Shown here: positions 24,232 to 34,201 of the stretch, in pieces | Layout: the number at the start of each line of letters is the position of its first letter | Numbering within the stretch: position 1 is the stretch's first letter | Assembly: GCA_040752125.1 (NCBI GenBank) | Contig: JBFMFK010000003.1 | Location: forward strand, 19,034 to 83,033 | Direction: 5' to 3' | DNA from: Patescibacteria group bacterium | GTDB taxonomy: Bacteria > Patescibacteriota > Minisyncoccia > UBA9983 | Length of the DNA stretch: 64,000 nucleotides | Made by a program: the position numbers and the translations under genes | Notes under the pieces: generated by a model | What the model saw: only the letters and a program-made list of their open reading frames with translations | Databases searched by the model: none | What the model was told of the DNA's origin: nothing

Positions 24232-25273
24232 ATTTTATGAACTTTTTTCAAGCGACATTGGTATTGATTTAGGTACGGCTAATACCTTGGTTTATGTCAA
24301 GGGGCGGGGAATTATAATCAATGAACCTTCCATTGTTGCCATCAATAAAAAAACAGATCAGGTGGTGGCCATAGGCAATGATGCCAAAAAAATGTTGGGA
24401 AGAACACCAGCACATATTGAAGTGATTAGGCCGTTGGTAGAAGGAGTTATCTCTGATTTTGAAATTACCGAAGAAATGCTGAGATATTTTATTAAAAAAA
24501 TCCATCAAGGCAGTTCTAAGATTTTTGCCCGGCCGCAGATAGTTATCGGTGTTCCTTCAGGAATCACTAATGTAGAAATCAGGGCGGTGCGCGATGCTGC
24601 TACAAATGCCGGAGCCCGCACTGTTCATATTGTGGAAGAACCAATAGCAGCTGCCATCGGAGTGAGATTGCCAATTTATGATCCTATCGGCAATATAGTG
24701 ATAGATATCGGAGGCGGAACAACAGACATCGCTATTATCTCATTGGGGGGCATTGTCATTTCAAAAAATATGAGGATTGCCGGAGATAGATTTAATGAAG
24801 ATATAATCAATTATATGAGAGATGAATTTAAGATGTTGATTGGTGAAAGAACTGCTGAAGATATCAAGATAGCCACCGGTTCTGTTGCCAAATCCAGCGA
24901 GGGGATAGAGACAATAGTTAGAGGAAGAGACCTTGTGAGCGGCTTGCCAAGAGAGGTTATCATTACAGATTCAGATATCAGAGAGGCCATCATAAAATCT
25001 GTAAAACTTCTAATAAAGGCAACCAAAGAAGTAATAGAAGAAACACCGCCTGAACTTATTTCAGATATAATGCACAGAGGAATTGTTATGGTCGGAGGAG
25101 GGTCGTTTTTGCGGGGCCTGGCTAAAACCTTTGAATCAGAAATTAAAATCCCTGTATTTATCCCTGAAGATCCTCTAACAGCAGTGGTTAGGGGCACAGG
25201 GATTATCCTTGAAGATTTAAATAGATTTAAAGATATCCTTATTCAGCATGAAGACGATTTACCACCGCACTAA
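24221..25273 (+). CDS. mreB: rod shape-determining protein MreB
   Basis: DIGIDLGTANTLVYV and DIGGGTTDIAIISLGG actin-fold motifs are present. Confidence 0.9.
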   Translation: MLNKFYELFSSDIGIDLGTANTLVYVKGRGIIINEPSIVAINKKTDQVVAIGNDAKKMLGRTPAHIEVIRPLVEGVISDFEITEEMLRYFIKKIHQGSSKIFARPQIVIGVPSGITNVEIRAVRDAATNAGARTVHIVEEPIAAAIGVRLPIYDPIGNIVIDIGGGTTDIAIISLGGIVISKNMRIAGDRFNEDIINYMRDEFKMLIGERTAEDIKIATGSVAKSSEGIETIVRGRDLVSGLPREVIITDSDIREAIIKSVKLLIKATKEVIEETPPELISDIMHRGIVMVGGGSFLRGLAKTFESEIKIPVFIPEDPLTAVVRGTGIILEDLNRFKDILIQHEDDLPPH

Positions 25274-26054
25274 GATTAAGGGCATCAAGAAGCTTATTGT
25301 CATAGCCTTAATCTTAATTTTTATTTTTTTCATTTCCCAATCAGATTATCTCAAATCAAAATTTTCAAATTTTTTTCTGACAGCAGCAAAGCCGTTCTGG
25401 AAAATCAGCCTTGTCTCTAAAGATTGGCTTAACAAAAATTTGTCTGGATTTAAAGAAAAAGCATTGCTTGCAGAGCAGAATGAAAGATTAAAAAGCAAGA
25501 TTCAGGAATTGGAAGCAAAATTTATCAATTACAGTATTTTAGAAAAAGAGAATCAAGATCTTAAAGAGGCTCTTTCGCGCTTTCAAGAGAAAAATCAAAA
25601 ATATATTTTGGCCAATATACTGGCGAGACCGCCGCAGACCGGCTTTGATGTTTTGATTATAGATGTTGGTTCATTGAACGGAATCCAACAGGGTATGAGA
25701 GTGATAGCCTACGATGATATTTTGTTTGGATATATTAATGAAGTCTTTTCAAAAACCAGCAAAGTAACATTGATTTCTTCTCCTTCAAAAGAGAATGATG
25801 TATTTATACAAACAGACCGCCAGGATCAAATTTTTACTATTGCCAAGGGGAGAGGAGGTGGAAATCTTGAAATCAAACTGCCTGTTTCCATTGACATCAA
25901 GGAAGGAAATCCAATTTTGTCTGTAGGTACTTTTCCTTTGGTAATTGGCGTTGTCTCTAAAATAGAAAAAAACCAAGCTGATCCTTTTCAGAAAATTTTT
26001 TTCCGCCTCCCAATTAACATTCAACAGTTGCGCTATGTCTTTATAGAGAAATAA
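25248..26054 (+). CDS. mreC: rod shape-determining protein MreC
   Basis: It has an N-terminal TM, a coiled coil (LLAEQNERLKSKIQELEAK) and a beta-rich C-terminal domain. It sits directly after mreB. Confidence 0.7.
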   Translation: MKTIYHRTKIKGIKKLIVIALILIFIFFISQSDYLKSKFSNFFLTAAKPFWKISLVSKDWLNKNLSGFKEKALLAEQNERLKSKIQELEAKFINYSILEKENQDLKEALSRFQEKNQKYILANILARPPQTGFDVLIIDVGSLNGIQQGMRVIAYDDILFGYINEVFSKTSKVTLISSPSKENDVFIQTDRQDQIFTIAKGRGGGNLEIKLPVSIDIKEGNPILSVGTFPLVIGVVSKIEKNQADPFQKIFFRLPINIQQLRYVFIEK

Positions 26055-26055
26055 C

Positions 26056-26298
26056 ATGATTAAAAGGATAATCAGTGATATCATTCTATTCTTTAGCATT
26101 TTTTGGCTAGCCTGGTATTGGACGGTTTTGATTATTCTTATCTTTATGATTTTTTTTGAAGACTACTGGGAAGGTGTGGCCGCAACATTTTTTATGGATA
26201 TTCTTTTTTCCAAAAGCTTTGGCATTTTCACCGTTCTCTCTCTTATTTTCTTCTTTTTTATTGGTAAAATGAGAACAAACATCAGATATGGTCTTTAA
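26056..26298 (+). CDS. mreD: MreD-like small polytopic membrane protein
   Basis: The call rests on position between mreC and pbp2. The protein is 80 aa and very hydrophobic. Confidence 0.4.
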   Translation: MIKRIISDIILFFSIFWLAWYWTVLIILIFMIFFEDYWEGVAATFFMDILFSKSFGIFTVLSLIFFFFIGKMRTNIRYGL

Positions 26299-27970
26299 TT
26301 TTAGAAAAAAGAAACAAAAACCCATAGAAATTTATCCTGACGAGATCTTTCTTGATTCAAAAAATATTCCGCAATTTGACGTTTACCAGTTTGAAGGGAG
26401 GATTGAAAAACCCATTGGCAAAAGAACTTTTATCACTATGACCGTATTTTTTATTATGGTTGGTATTTTTTTTGTCGGCGAGCTTTTTTCTATACAAATT
26501 CTAGAAGGAAAAACTCTTAGGGAAAGAAGTGAGAAAAATAGTCTTAGAATAGATTATATTTTGGCAAATAGAGGCATTATTTTTGACAGAAACGGAGAAA
26601 CTTTGGCGTGGAACGAACCTGATGCCAGATTATATATAGATTGGAACGGCCTCAGTCATGTGTTGGGATATGTCGGCCTGCCCTCGGAAGAAGATTTGCA
26701 AAAGATTGATAATCTTCCACTGAAGCAGATTTTAGGCAAAGATGGAATAGAAAAAAGATACAATGATATTCTAGGAGGAAAACCGGGAATGAAAATAGTT
26801 GAGACAGATGTAGAAAATAATATTATATCAGAAAGCATACAGAATCATCCGGAAGAAGGAAAAAATATAAAATTAACCATTGATGCCAAATTGCAATCGC
26901 AATTTTTTAATATCATGGAATCTGTTATGAAAGACAGAGGATTCCATGGCGGGAGCGGAATCATTATCAATGTTAATAACGGCGAGATCTTATCGCTTGT
27001 GAGCTGTCCGGAATATGACTCTGAAATTCTTTCAAAAGGTGAACCCGAAGAAAAGATAATGGAATTTTTAAATGATGCCAATAAGCCTTTTCTTAATCGC
27101 GTCATAGCTGGTCTTTACGCTCCAGGATCAATCATTAAGCCATTGATTGCCATTGCCGCTCTTAATGAAAATATAATTTCTTCACAAAAACAAATTTTTA
27201 GCGCGGGATATATCTCTATTCCTAATCCTTTTTTCCCTGACAAGCAAAGTATATTCAAAGATTGGAAGACGCACGGCTGGATTGATATGAGAAAGGCGAT
27301 CGCTGTCTCTTCAGATGTATATTTTTACGAAATTGGAGGAGGATTTGAAGAGCAAAGAGGTCTTGGTATTAAAAAAATTGAAGATTACACAAAATTATTT
27401 GGGCTTGATTCGTTAACAGGAGTAGATCTCTATGGCGAAGAAATCGGTATCGTGCCCAATCCTGATCTAAAAGAAAAATTTGAACCTAATGACCCTATTT
27501 GGAGAATAGGAGATACTTATAATGCCAGCATCGGCCAAGGATATTTCCAGGTAACACCTGTAGAGATGGCAATTTATGCATCAGCTATTGCCAACAAAGG
27601 AAAGATTATCAAACCTCATCTTATTCTTGAAGATAACATTCAAGACTACACACTGCGAAGTTTAAATATATCAGAAGATTATTTTAATATTATCCATGAG
27701 GGTATGCGATTGTCAGTCAAAGAGGGGACCGCCAGTGCATTGAATGTTTTTGGTGCAGAGATTGCTGCTAAAACCGGTACAGCTGAGATAGGAGCTGGTA
27801 AAAAATATGTTAATTCTTGGGTGATAGGATTTTTCCCTTATGATCATCCACAGTATGCTTTTGCAGTTGTTATGGAAAAAGGACCTTCTGCCAATCTTGT
27901 AGGCTCGCCCTATGTAATCCGTCAGTTAATTGATTGGATGACTATCTATACCCCTCAATATTTGAAGTAG
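26288..27970 (+). CDS. mrdA: penicillin-binding protein 2 (elongasome transpeptidase)
   Basis: SxxK (GSIIKP), SxN (SSD) and KTG (KTGTAE) motifs are present, with an N-terminal TM and dimerisation domain. It follows mreBCD. Confidence 0.8.
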   Translation: MVFNFRKKKQKPIEIYPDEIFLDSKNIPQFDVYQFEGRIEKPIGKRTFITMTVFFIMVGIFFVGELFSIQILEGKTLRERSEKNSLRIDYILANRGIIFDRNGETLAWNEPDARLYIDWNGLSHVLGYVGLPSEEDLQKIDNLPLKQILGKDGIEKRYNDILGGKPGMKIVETDVENNIISESIQNHPEEGKNIKLTIDAKLQSQFFNIMESVMKDRGFHGGSGIIINVNNGEILSLVSCPEYDSEILSKGEPEEKIMEFLNDANKPFLNRVIAGLYAPGSIIKPLIAIAALNENIISSQKQIFSAGYISIPNPFFPDKQSIFKDWKTHGWIDMRKAIAVSSDVYFYEIGGGFEEQRGLGIKKIEDYTKLFGLDSLTGVDLYGEEIGIVPNPDLKEKFEPNDPIWRIGDTYNASIGQGYFQVTPVEMAIYASAIANKGKIIKPHLILEDNIQDYTLRSLNISEDYFNIIHEGMRLSVKEGTASALNVFGAEIAAKTGTAEIGAGKKYVNSWVIGFFPYDHPQYAFAVVMEKGPSANLVGSPYVIRQLIDWMTIYTPQYLK

Positions 27971-27998
27971 TTATTTGAATAAATTATAATCTATAAAT

Positions 27999-29465
27999 AT
28001 GAGTTCGTTTGAGGAATTACGGAAAGGGAGATTGGAAAAATTAAATCTTCTCAGAGAAAAAGGCGTGGACCCTTTTCCTATATCCATTCGGAGAGATTTT
28101 TCTATTATTGAGGCATTAAAAGATTTTCCCAAATTATCCAAAAAGAAAAAACAATCTTTTGTCTGCGGAAGGGTAATGGCGATACGCGAGCACGGGGGCT
28201 CTATTTTTTTTGACATTAGTGACGGTGACGCAATAATGCAGGCCTATATCAAAAAAGATGAAATAGGAAAGGAACAATTTTCTCTTTTTCAAGAAACCAT
28301 TGATATCGGTGATTTTGTAGAGCTTAAAGGATTATTTTTTAAGACAAAGAAAAAGGAAAAAACAATAAAAGTTTCTCAATGGAGGATTATCGCAAAATCC
28401 TTAAGACCTTTGCCGGACAAATGGCACGGCTTGCAGGATGTTGAAGAAAGATTCAGAAAAAGATATCTGGATTTATTGATGAACAAAGAAATAAAAGGAA
28501 GATTTTTGCTGCGTTCTAAAATTATCTCAGAGATGAGAAACTATCTTGATAAAGAAGGTTTTCTGGAAGTGGAAACGCCGGTTTTGCAGCATTTGGCAGG
28601 CGGAGCATTGGCCGAGCCTTTTAAAACCCATCATAATGCTTTGGATATAGATTTATATCTCCGCATTGCGCCTGAACTTTATTTAAAAAAATTATTGATT
28701 GGAGAATTTACAAAAATTTATGAAATAGGAAGAAATTTCAGAAATGAGGGGATTGATGTTACTCATAATCCTGAATTTACCATGCTTGAATTGTACGAAG
28801 CATATAGAGACGCGGAATATTTAAGAAAATTTTCAGAAAAAATGATAAAAACTATAGTCAAGAAGATTTTGGGTAAAAAAGAATTTGAATTTAGAGCAGA
28901 GAAGATATCTTTTAGAAAAAAATTCAATATTGTTTCCTATTTAGATATTCTTAAGTATTATACTTTAATAATTGAACCAGAAAAAATGTCGCGCGAAGAT
29001 TTTGTGCTGAAATCTAAGCAATTTGGAATCAAGACAGAAGATTTTGAGACTAAAGAAAAAATAATGGACAATATTTTTAAAAAAATATGCCGGCCAAAAA
29101 TAATCCAGCCGACATTTGTTATTGACTACCCAACAGGATCATCGCCTTTAGCCAAAAGAAAGGAAAAAGATAAAAACTTAATTGACAGATTTCAATTGAT
29201 AATAGGCGGCTTGGAAATTATTAATGGCTTTTCTGAACTTAATGACCCTCTTGAACAAAAAGAAAGATTTAAAGAACAGGATAAAGCCAAAGAAAAAGGA
29301 GAAAAAGAAGTTTCTCCCAGTGATGAGGATTATCTTGAAGCAATAGAATACGGACTGCCGCCAGCTGCCGGTCTTGGTGTCGGCATAGACCGTCTGGTTA
29401 TGCTTCTTGCCAATACTCACAACATTCGCGAAGTCATTCTTTTCCCGACCTTAAGACCAAAATAA
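27999..29465 (+). CDS. lysS: lysyl-tRNA synthetase, class II
   Basis: An OB-fold N-terminus is followed by FLEVETPVLQ, and the C-terminus ends in GLGVGIDRLVMLL. Confidence 0.9.
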   Translation: MSSFEELRKGRLEKLNLLREKGVDPFPISIRRDFSIIEALKDFPKLSKKKKQSFVCGRVMAIREHGGSIFFDISDGDAIMQAYIKKDEIGKEQFSLFQETIDIGDFVELKGLFFKTKKKEKTIKVSQWRIIAKSLRPLPDKWHGLQDVEERFRKRYLDLLMNKEIKGRFLLRSKIISEMRNYLDKEGFLEVETPVLQHLAGGALAEPFKTHHNALDIDLYLRIAPELYLKKLLIGEFTKIYEIGRNFRNEGIDVTHNPEFTMLELYEAYRDAEYLRKFSEKMIKTIVKKILGKKEFEFRAEKISFRKKFNIVSYLDILKYYTLIIEPEKMSREDFVLKSKQFGIKTEDFETKEKIMDNIFKKICRPKIIQPTFVIDYPTGSSPLAKRKEKDKNLIDRFQLIIGGLEIINGFSELNDPLEQKERFKEQDKAKEKGEKEVSPSDEDYLEAIEYGLPPAAGLGVGIDRLVMLLANTHNIREVILFPTLRPK

Positions 29466-29596
29466 TCTATTTAGCATCCGCATCCGATTTTCGATTTTCG
29501 ATGTTTAATCGAACTTATATTTGCTATAGCAGATATAAGTACATTTAAATATAAATACATTACAAATGTTACCTTTTTTTATTCACTAAATTCCTT

Positions 29597-29699
29597 TGTG
29601 GAAGTTATCCACAATCTTTTATTTGGAAAATAAAGAAAAGTGGAGTATAGTGTTAATAAAGTGGTAGATTGTGGATAATTGTGTGGATAATGTGGATAA
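29597..29699. promoter_or_regulatory. DnaA-box cluster: TTATCCACA (29605..29613) and three TGTGGATAA (29670..29678, 29682..29690, 29691..29699) plus a 2-mismatch box at 29597; adjacent AT-rich tract 29536..29590
   Basis: Four perfect 9-mers matching the E. coli/B. subtilis DnaA-box consensus fall within 95 bp, immediately upstream of mraZ. Confidence 0.6.
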
Positions 29700-29723
29700 C
29701 TCTCATTTATACGGAAAAATATT

Positions 29724-30158
29724 ATGCTTATTGGTGAATACAAACATAGTCTTGACCCTAAGAAAAGGGTAGCCATCCCTGCAAAATTTAGAAAGGAAAT
29801 AGGAAAAAAAGCAGTAATCACTCGAGGATTAGATCAGTGTCTTTTCATATATCCAATGAATGAATGGGGAAAGGTGGCCGAAAAACTTAGCGAGCTACCG
29901 ACCGGCTCATCTGATACAAGAAATTTCGTCCGCCTTTTCCTGTCAGGTGCAAGTGATGTAGAAATTGATGCTTTAGGAAGAGTCTTGATTCCGGATTATC
30001 TTAAAAAATTTGCCGGCCTGAAGGAAAAAGCAGTTATTGTAGGTATGCATAAGCGATTAGAAATATGGAGCGAGGAGAACTGGGAGAATTATAAACAGCG
30101 CATAGAAAAACAGACAGACATTCTGGCAGAAAAATTAGGAGAATTAGGAGTATATTAA
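29724..30158 (+). CDS. mraZ: transcriptional regulator MraZ
   Basis: The N-terminus reads GEYKHSLDPKKRVAIPAKFR and the duplicated MraZ fold is present. It is the first gene of the dcw cluster. Confidence 0.9.
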   Translation: MLIGEYKHSLDPKKRVAIPAKFRKEIGKKAVITRGLDQCLFIYPMNEWGKVAEKLSELPTGSSDTRNFVRLFLSGASDVEIDALGRVLIPDYLKKFAGLKEKAVIVGMHKRLEIWSEENWENYKQRIEKQTDILAEKLGELGVY

Positions 30159-30161
30159 TTT

Positions 30162-31067
30162 ATGCTTCATAAGCCTGTTCTTTTAAAAGAAGTAGTAGGA
30201 TATCTGAATCTTAAGCTAGGCGATACTGTTTTGGATGCAACAATAAATGGAGGTGGACATGCAGAAAAAATTGTAGAAAGAATCGGCAATGATGGAACAT
30301 TAATTGGTATAGATCAAGATGCGGTGATATTAGAAAAACTTAAATTAAAAATTAAAAATTTAAAATTTAAAGATAATGTAGTTTTAATAAATGGAAATTT
30401 TAGAGATTTAGATAAACTTTTAGAACTTTTAAAGATAAAAAAAATAAACGGAGCGTTATTTGATCTAGGAATGAGCTCAATCCAATTGGAAGACTCAGGC
30501 CGAGGATTCACATTTATGAAAGATGAACCTCTATTAATGACTTACAAATCAGAGATCGCCAGCAGTGATTTAACAGCAAGAGATATATTAAATCAATGGA
30601 GCGAAGAGGATCTAACACAAATCCTATTCAAATATGGCGAAGAAAGATATGCCAGAAAAATAGCGAGAGCGATTATTAAAAAGAGAAAGAAAAAGAAAAT
30701 AGAAACTACTACAGAATTAAAAGAGATAATAGAAAAAAATGTTCCGCCATCTTATCGCCATAAAAAAGGTATAAGCCCTGTCACAAAAACATTTCAGGCA
30801 TTAAGGATCACAGTCAATGATGAACTAAATGCACTAAAAGAGGGAGTCGGAAAAGTTTGGAAGATTATGAAACCCGGTTCAAGATTGGTAGTAATATCAT
30901 TTCATTCACTTGAAGATAGAATAATTAAGAATTTTTTTAAAGATAAAAAAAATAATGGAGGGGGAATCATTCTAACAAAAAAACCAATAGTGCCGTCAAG
31001 CGAAGAAATAAAGATAAATCCAAAATCACGTAGTGCAAAATTAAGAGCTATAGAAAAAATAAAATGA
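30162..31067 (+). CDS. rsmH: 16S rRNA (cytosine1402-N4)-methyltransferase RsmH
   Basis: The N-terminus reads HKPVLLKEVV. DATINGGGHA and FHSLEDR motifs are present. Confidence 0.9.
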   Translation: MLHKPVLLKEVVGYLNLKLGDTVLDATINGGGHAEKIVERIGNDGTLIGIDQDAVILEKLKLKIKNLKFKDNVVLINGNFRDLDKLLELLKIKKINGALFDLGMSSIQLEDSGRGFTFMKDEPLLMTYKSEIASSDLTARDILNQWSEEDLTQILFKYGEERYARKIARAIIKKRKKKKIETTTELKEIIEKNVPPSYRHKKGISPVTKTFQALRITVNDELNALKEGVGKVWKIMKPGSRLVVISFHSLEDRIIKNFFKDKKNNGGGIILTKKPIVPSSEEIKINPKSRSAKLRAIEKIK

Positions 31068-31387
31068 CAACCTTAATCAAAACAATTCCATATCAGATCT
31101 TAGATGAAGATAAAAGAAAAATCTTGTCTCGTTTATTTTTGGTAATTATTGCATTCTCGTCCATATTTTATGTCTATTTCGCAGGATTGACCATTAAGCA
31201 AATGCTGGAAAAAAACAAAAATGAAGAACATTTTAAACTGATCAATAGAGAATATCAACAAAATGAGGAGAAATATTTCAGAATTCTTGCTCAATTAGAC
31301 CTAGAACAAGCCCGTTTATTAGGATTCATTGACCCAAAGAAGGGAGAATTTATAGTCTATCAATCTGCCGCTGTTGCTCGCAGATAA
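31064..31387 (+). CDS. ftsL: FtsL-like small bitopic division protein
   Basis: It sits between rsmH and ftsI and has one TM plus a coiled coil. Confidence 0.5.
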   Translation: MTTLIKTIPYQILDEDKRKILSRLFLVIIAFSSIFYVYFAGLTIKQMLEKNKNEEHFKLINREYQQNEEKYFRILAQLDLEQARLLGFIDPKKGEFIVYQSAAVARR

Positions 31388-33104
31388 CATGAGGCGAGAC
31401 AGTATTGTTCGTCGTATTAGAATAACGTATTTTTTTCTTTTTATTATCGGCGCCTTTTTTATCGCGCGTCTTTTTTTTATTCAGGTGATCCACGGACAAT
31501 CCTATAGGGAGATGGCCAATCAACAATATATTTCACCGTCTAGTCATTATTTTGATAGGGGTATTATCCATTTTAAAAAAAAAGATGGGCAATTAATTTC
31601 TGCTGCAACAATCAAAACAGGCTACCTTTTGGCTATTAATCCGAAGCTGATAGAAAATGCCGAAGATATCTATGAAAAGATTTCAATAATCACCGCGATA
31701 GATAAAGAATTATTTTTAAAATCAGTATCAAAAAAGGATGATCCTTACGAAGAAATTAAACATCGTCTTAATGAAGATGAGGCAAAGAGAATCCAAAAAC
31801 TGGGAATAAATGGAGTCGGCATCCATTCTGAAACATGGAGGTATTATCCTGCACAAAATCTCGCCTCAAGTGTTCTGGGTTTCGTCGGATATAATGGAGA
31901 CAAATTGGAAGGAAGATATGGTCTTGAAAAATACTATGAATCAATTTTAAAAAGAGGGGGGGGCGGAAATCTTAAAATAAATTCATTTGCTGAGACAATA
32001 ATTGATATCAAAAATTTGGTAGGGAATAATTCTCAAGAAGGCGATATTATCCTGACTATTGATCCTGAAGTCCAGACCTTTTTGGAAAATAATCTTAACG
32101 AACTCCTGAAAAAATATGATGCTCAACTAGCCGGGGGTATTATTATTGAACCAAAAACAGGGAAAATACTGGCAATGGCTGCAAAGCCTGATTTTGACCC
32201 AAATAATTATGCTGAAATTAAAAATCTCTCTTTCTTTCTCAATCCTAATGTACAGAACACCTTTGAAATGGGATCAATAATGAAAGCGCTGACGCTTGCT
32301 GCCGGTTTAGATTTAAATAAGATTACTCCCCAGAGTACTTATAGAGATGAAGGCTTTGTGATCTTGAATAATAAGCGCATAGAAAATTATGACAGCAAGG
32401 GGCGCGGCCTAGTTGATATGCAAACAGTGTTAAATAAATCTTTAAATACGGGAGCGGTATTCGTGATGCAACAGATAGGGAAAGAAAATTTTTATAATTA
32501 CATCCTTAATTATGGTCTAGGAGAAAAAACCGGCATTGATCTGCCAGACGAAGTATCTGGTTTGATTTCTAATCTTAAAAGTGACAGAGAGGTGGAATAT
32601 GCCACTGCCTCTTTTGGTCAGGGTATTGCTGTCACGCCAATTGAAATGGCCTGCGCCCTGTCTGCCTTGGCCAATGGCGGATTGCTAATGAAACCGTATA
32701 TTATTGATGAAATCAGAAGCGAGGATGGAGTCTCTAGAAAAAAAATAGAGCCAATAGAAAAAAGAAGAGTTTTAAAACAGGAAACTTCTGAAGAAATAAG
32801 CAGGATGCTGGTTAAAGTAACAGATGAGGCGCTTGTTAATGGCGCCTACAAAATGGATCATTATACCATTGCTGCGAAAACAGGCACGGCCCAGATGCAC
32901 AAAGAAGATCAAAAAGGTTATTACGAAAATGAATATATACATTCATTCTTTGGATATGCGCCAGCCTTTGATGCAAGATTTTTAATCCTGCTCTATCTGG
33001 TAAAACCTCAAGGCGTTGCCTATGCCTCTCATTCATTGACAGAGCCTTTTATCAATATTTTGAAATTTTTACTGAATTATTATCAGGTTCCGCCAGACAG
33101 ATGA
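31374..33104 (+). CDS. ftsI: penicillin-binding protein FtsI (PBP3, divisome transpeptidase)
   Basis: SxxK (GSIMKAL), SxN (SLNTG) and KTG (KTGTAQ) motifs are present. It occupies the dcw position. Confidence 0.8.
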   Translation: MLADNMRRDSIVRRIRITYFFLFIIGAFFIARLFFIQVIHGQSYREMANQQYISPSSHYFDRGIIHFKKKDGQLISAATIKTGYLLAINPKLIENAEDIYEKISIITAIDKELFLKSVSKKDDPYEEIKHRLNEDEAKRIQKLGINGVGIHSETWRYYPAQNLASSVLGFVGYNGDKLEGRYGLEKYYESILKRGGGGNLKINSFAETIIDIKNLVGNNSQEGDIILTIDPEVQTFLENNLNELLKKYDAQLAGGIIIEPKTGKILAMAAKPDFDPNNYAEIKNLSFFLNPNVQNTFEMGSIMKALTLAAGLDLNKITPQSTYRDEGFVILNNKRIENYDSKGRGLVDMQTVLNKSLNTGAVFVMQQIGKENFYNYILNYGLGEKTGIDLPDEVSGLISNLKSDREVEYATASFGQGIAVTPIEMACALSALANGGLLMKPYIIDEIRSEDGVSRKKIEPIEKRRVLKQETSEEISRMLVKVTDEALVNGAYKMDHYTIAAKTGTAQMHKEDQKGYYENEYIHSFFGYAPAFDARFLILLYLVKPQGVAYASHSLTEPFINILKFLLNYYQVPPDR

Positions 33105-34195
33105 TAAAAAAAGAATACGATAAATTTTTATTGATCATTGTAGGTATTTTTATAATATCCGGAGTTTTTATCTTGACGTCTGCTTCAACTGGACTTTTAA
33201 GCAGAAATGGAAACGTCAGTTTATCAAACATTTTATTTCGACAGTTTGTCCTCGGACTTGGTGAAGGGATAATTCTTTTTTTAATCACGAGTCGCATCCA
33301 TTATAAAAAATGGAAAAAATTTGCATTAATAATCTTTCTCATCTCTTTTTTACTGACTGTCCTGGTCTTTGAGTCACATATCGGTTTTGGCCATGGAGGG
33401 GCAAGGAGGTGGCTTAATATAGGACAGTTTTTCTTTCAACCATCTGAATTGCTCAAGCTTGCCTTCATTATATATCTGGCTTCCTGGCTGAGCACCAGAC
33501 AAGAACATGTACAATCTTTTAAATTTGGTCTTGTTCCCTTTTTGATCATCGTCGGATTGGTGGGTCTTGTTTTAATCAAGCAGCCTGATATAGGCACATT
33601 GGGTGTCGTTGCTATAACCAGTCTGACTATGTTTTTTATTGGCGGAGGCCGGCTGAGCCAGATTGCCTTTACAATTTTCTTGGGAGTAATTTTAGTTTAT
33701 ATTCTCACTCTCACTTATCCTCACGTTGCTAACAGATTGGTCGTTTTTTTAAATCCTTCAGCAGATCCTCAAGGAATAGGATATCAGATGAAACAGTCGC
33801 TTATTGCCATTGGTTCAGGCGGTCTTCTGGGAAGAGGTTTTGGCATGAGTGTGCAAAAATTTTATTATCTTCCCGAGCCAATAGGAGATTCTATCTTTGC
33901 TGTTTTTGCAGAGGAATTTGGTTTTATGGGAAGTTTGTTTTTAATAGGCCTTTTTATGTTCTTTCTTTACAGAGGTTTTTCTATTGTTTTGAAAGTACCT
34001 GATCAATTTGCTAGACTCTTAGGCTCAGGAATTGTTATACTAATAGTAGCCCAGAGCTTGATTAATATTGGATCAATGACGGGCATTATACCATTAACTG
34101 GTCTGCCCTTGGTTTTTATTAGCCAAGGGGGTTCATCCTTGGCAATGGCAATGGCAGAAGTCGGAATTTTATTCAATATTTCCCGATATGTATAA
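33101..34195 (+). CDS. ftsW: SEDS glycosyltransferase FtsW
   Basis: It is a polytopic protein with the conserved SEDS C-terminal region. It sits directly upstream of murG. Confidence 0.85.
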   Translation: MIKKEYDKFLLIIVGIFIISGVFILTSASTGLLSRNGNVSLSNILFRQFVLGLGEGIILFLITSRIHYKKWKKFALIIFLISFLLTVLVFESHIGFGHGGARRWLNIGQFFFQPSELLKLAFIIYLASWLSTRQEHVQSFKFGLVPFLIIVGLVGLVLIKQPDIGTLGVVAITSLTMFFIGGGRLSQIAFTIFLGVILVYILTLTYPHVANRLVVFLNPSADPQGIGYQMKQSLIAIGSGGLLGRGFGMSVQKFYYLPEPIGDSIFAVFAEEFGFMGSLFLIGLFMFFLYRGFSIVLKVPDQFARLLGSGIVILIVAQSLINIGSMTGIIPLTGLPLVFISQGGSSLAMAMAEVGILFNISRYV

Positions 34196-34201
34196 GCTAC
34201 T

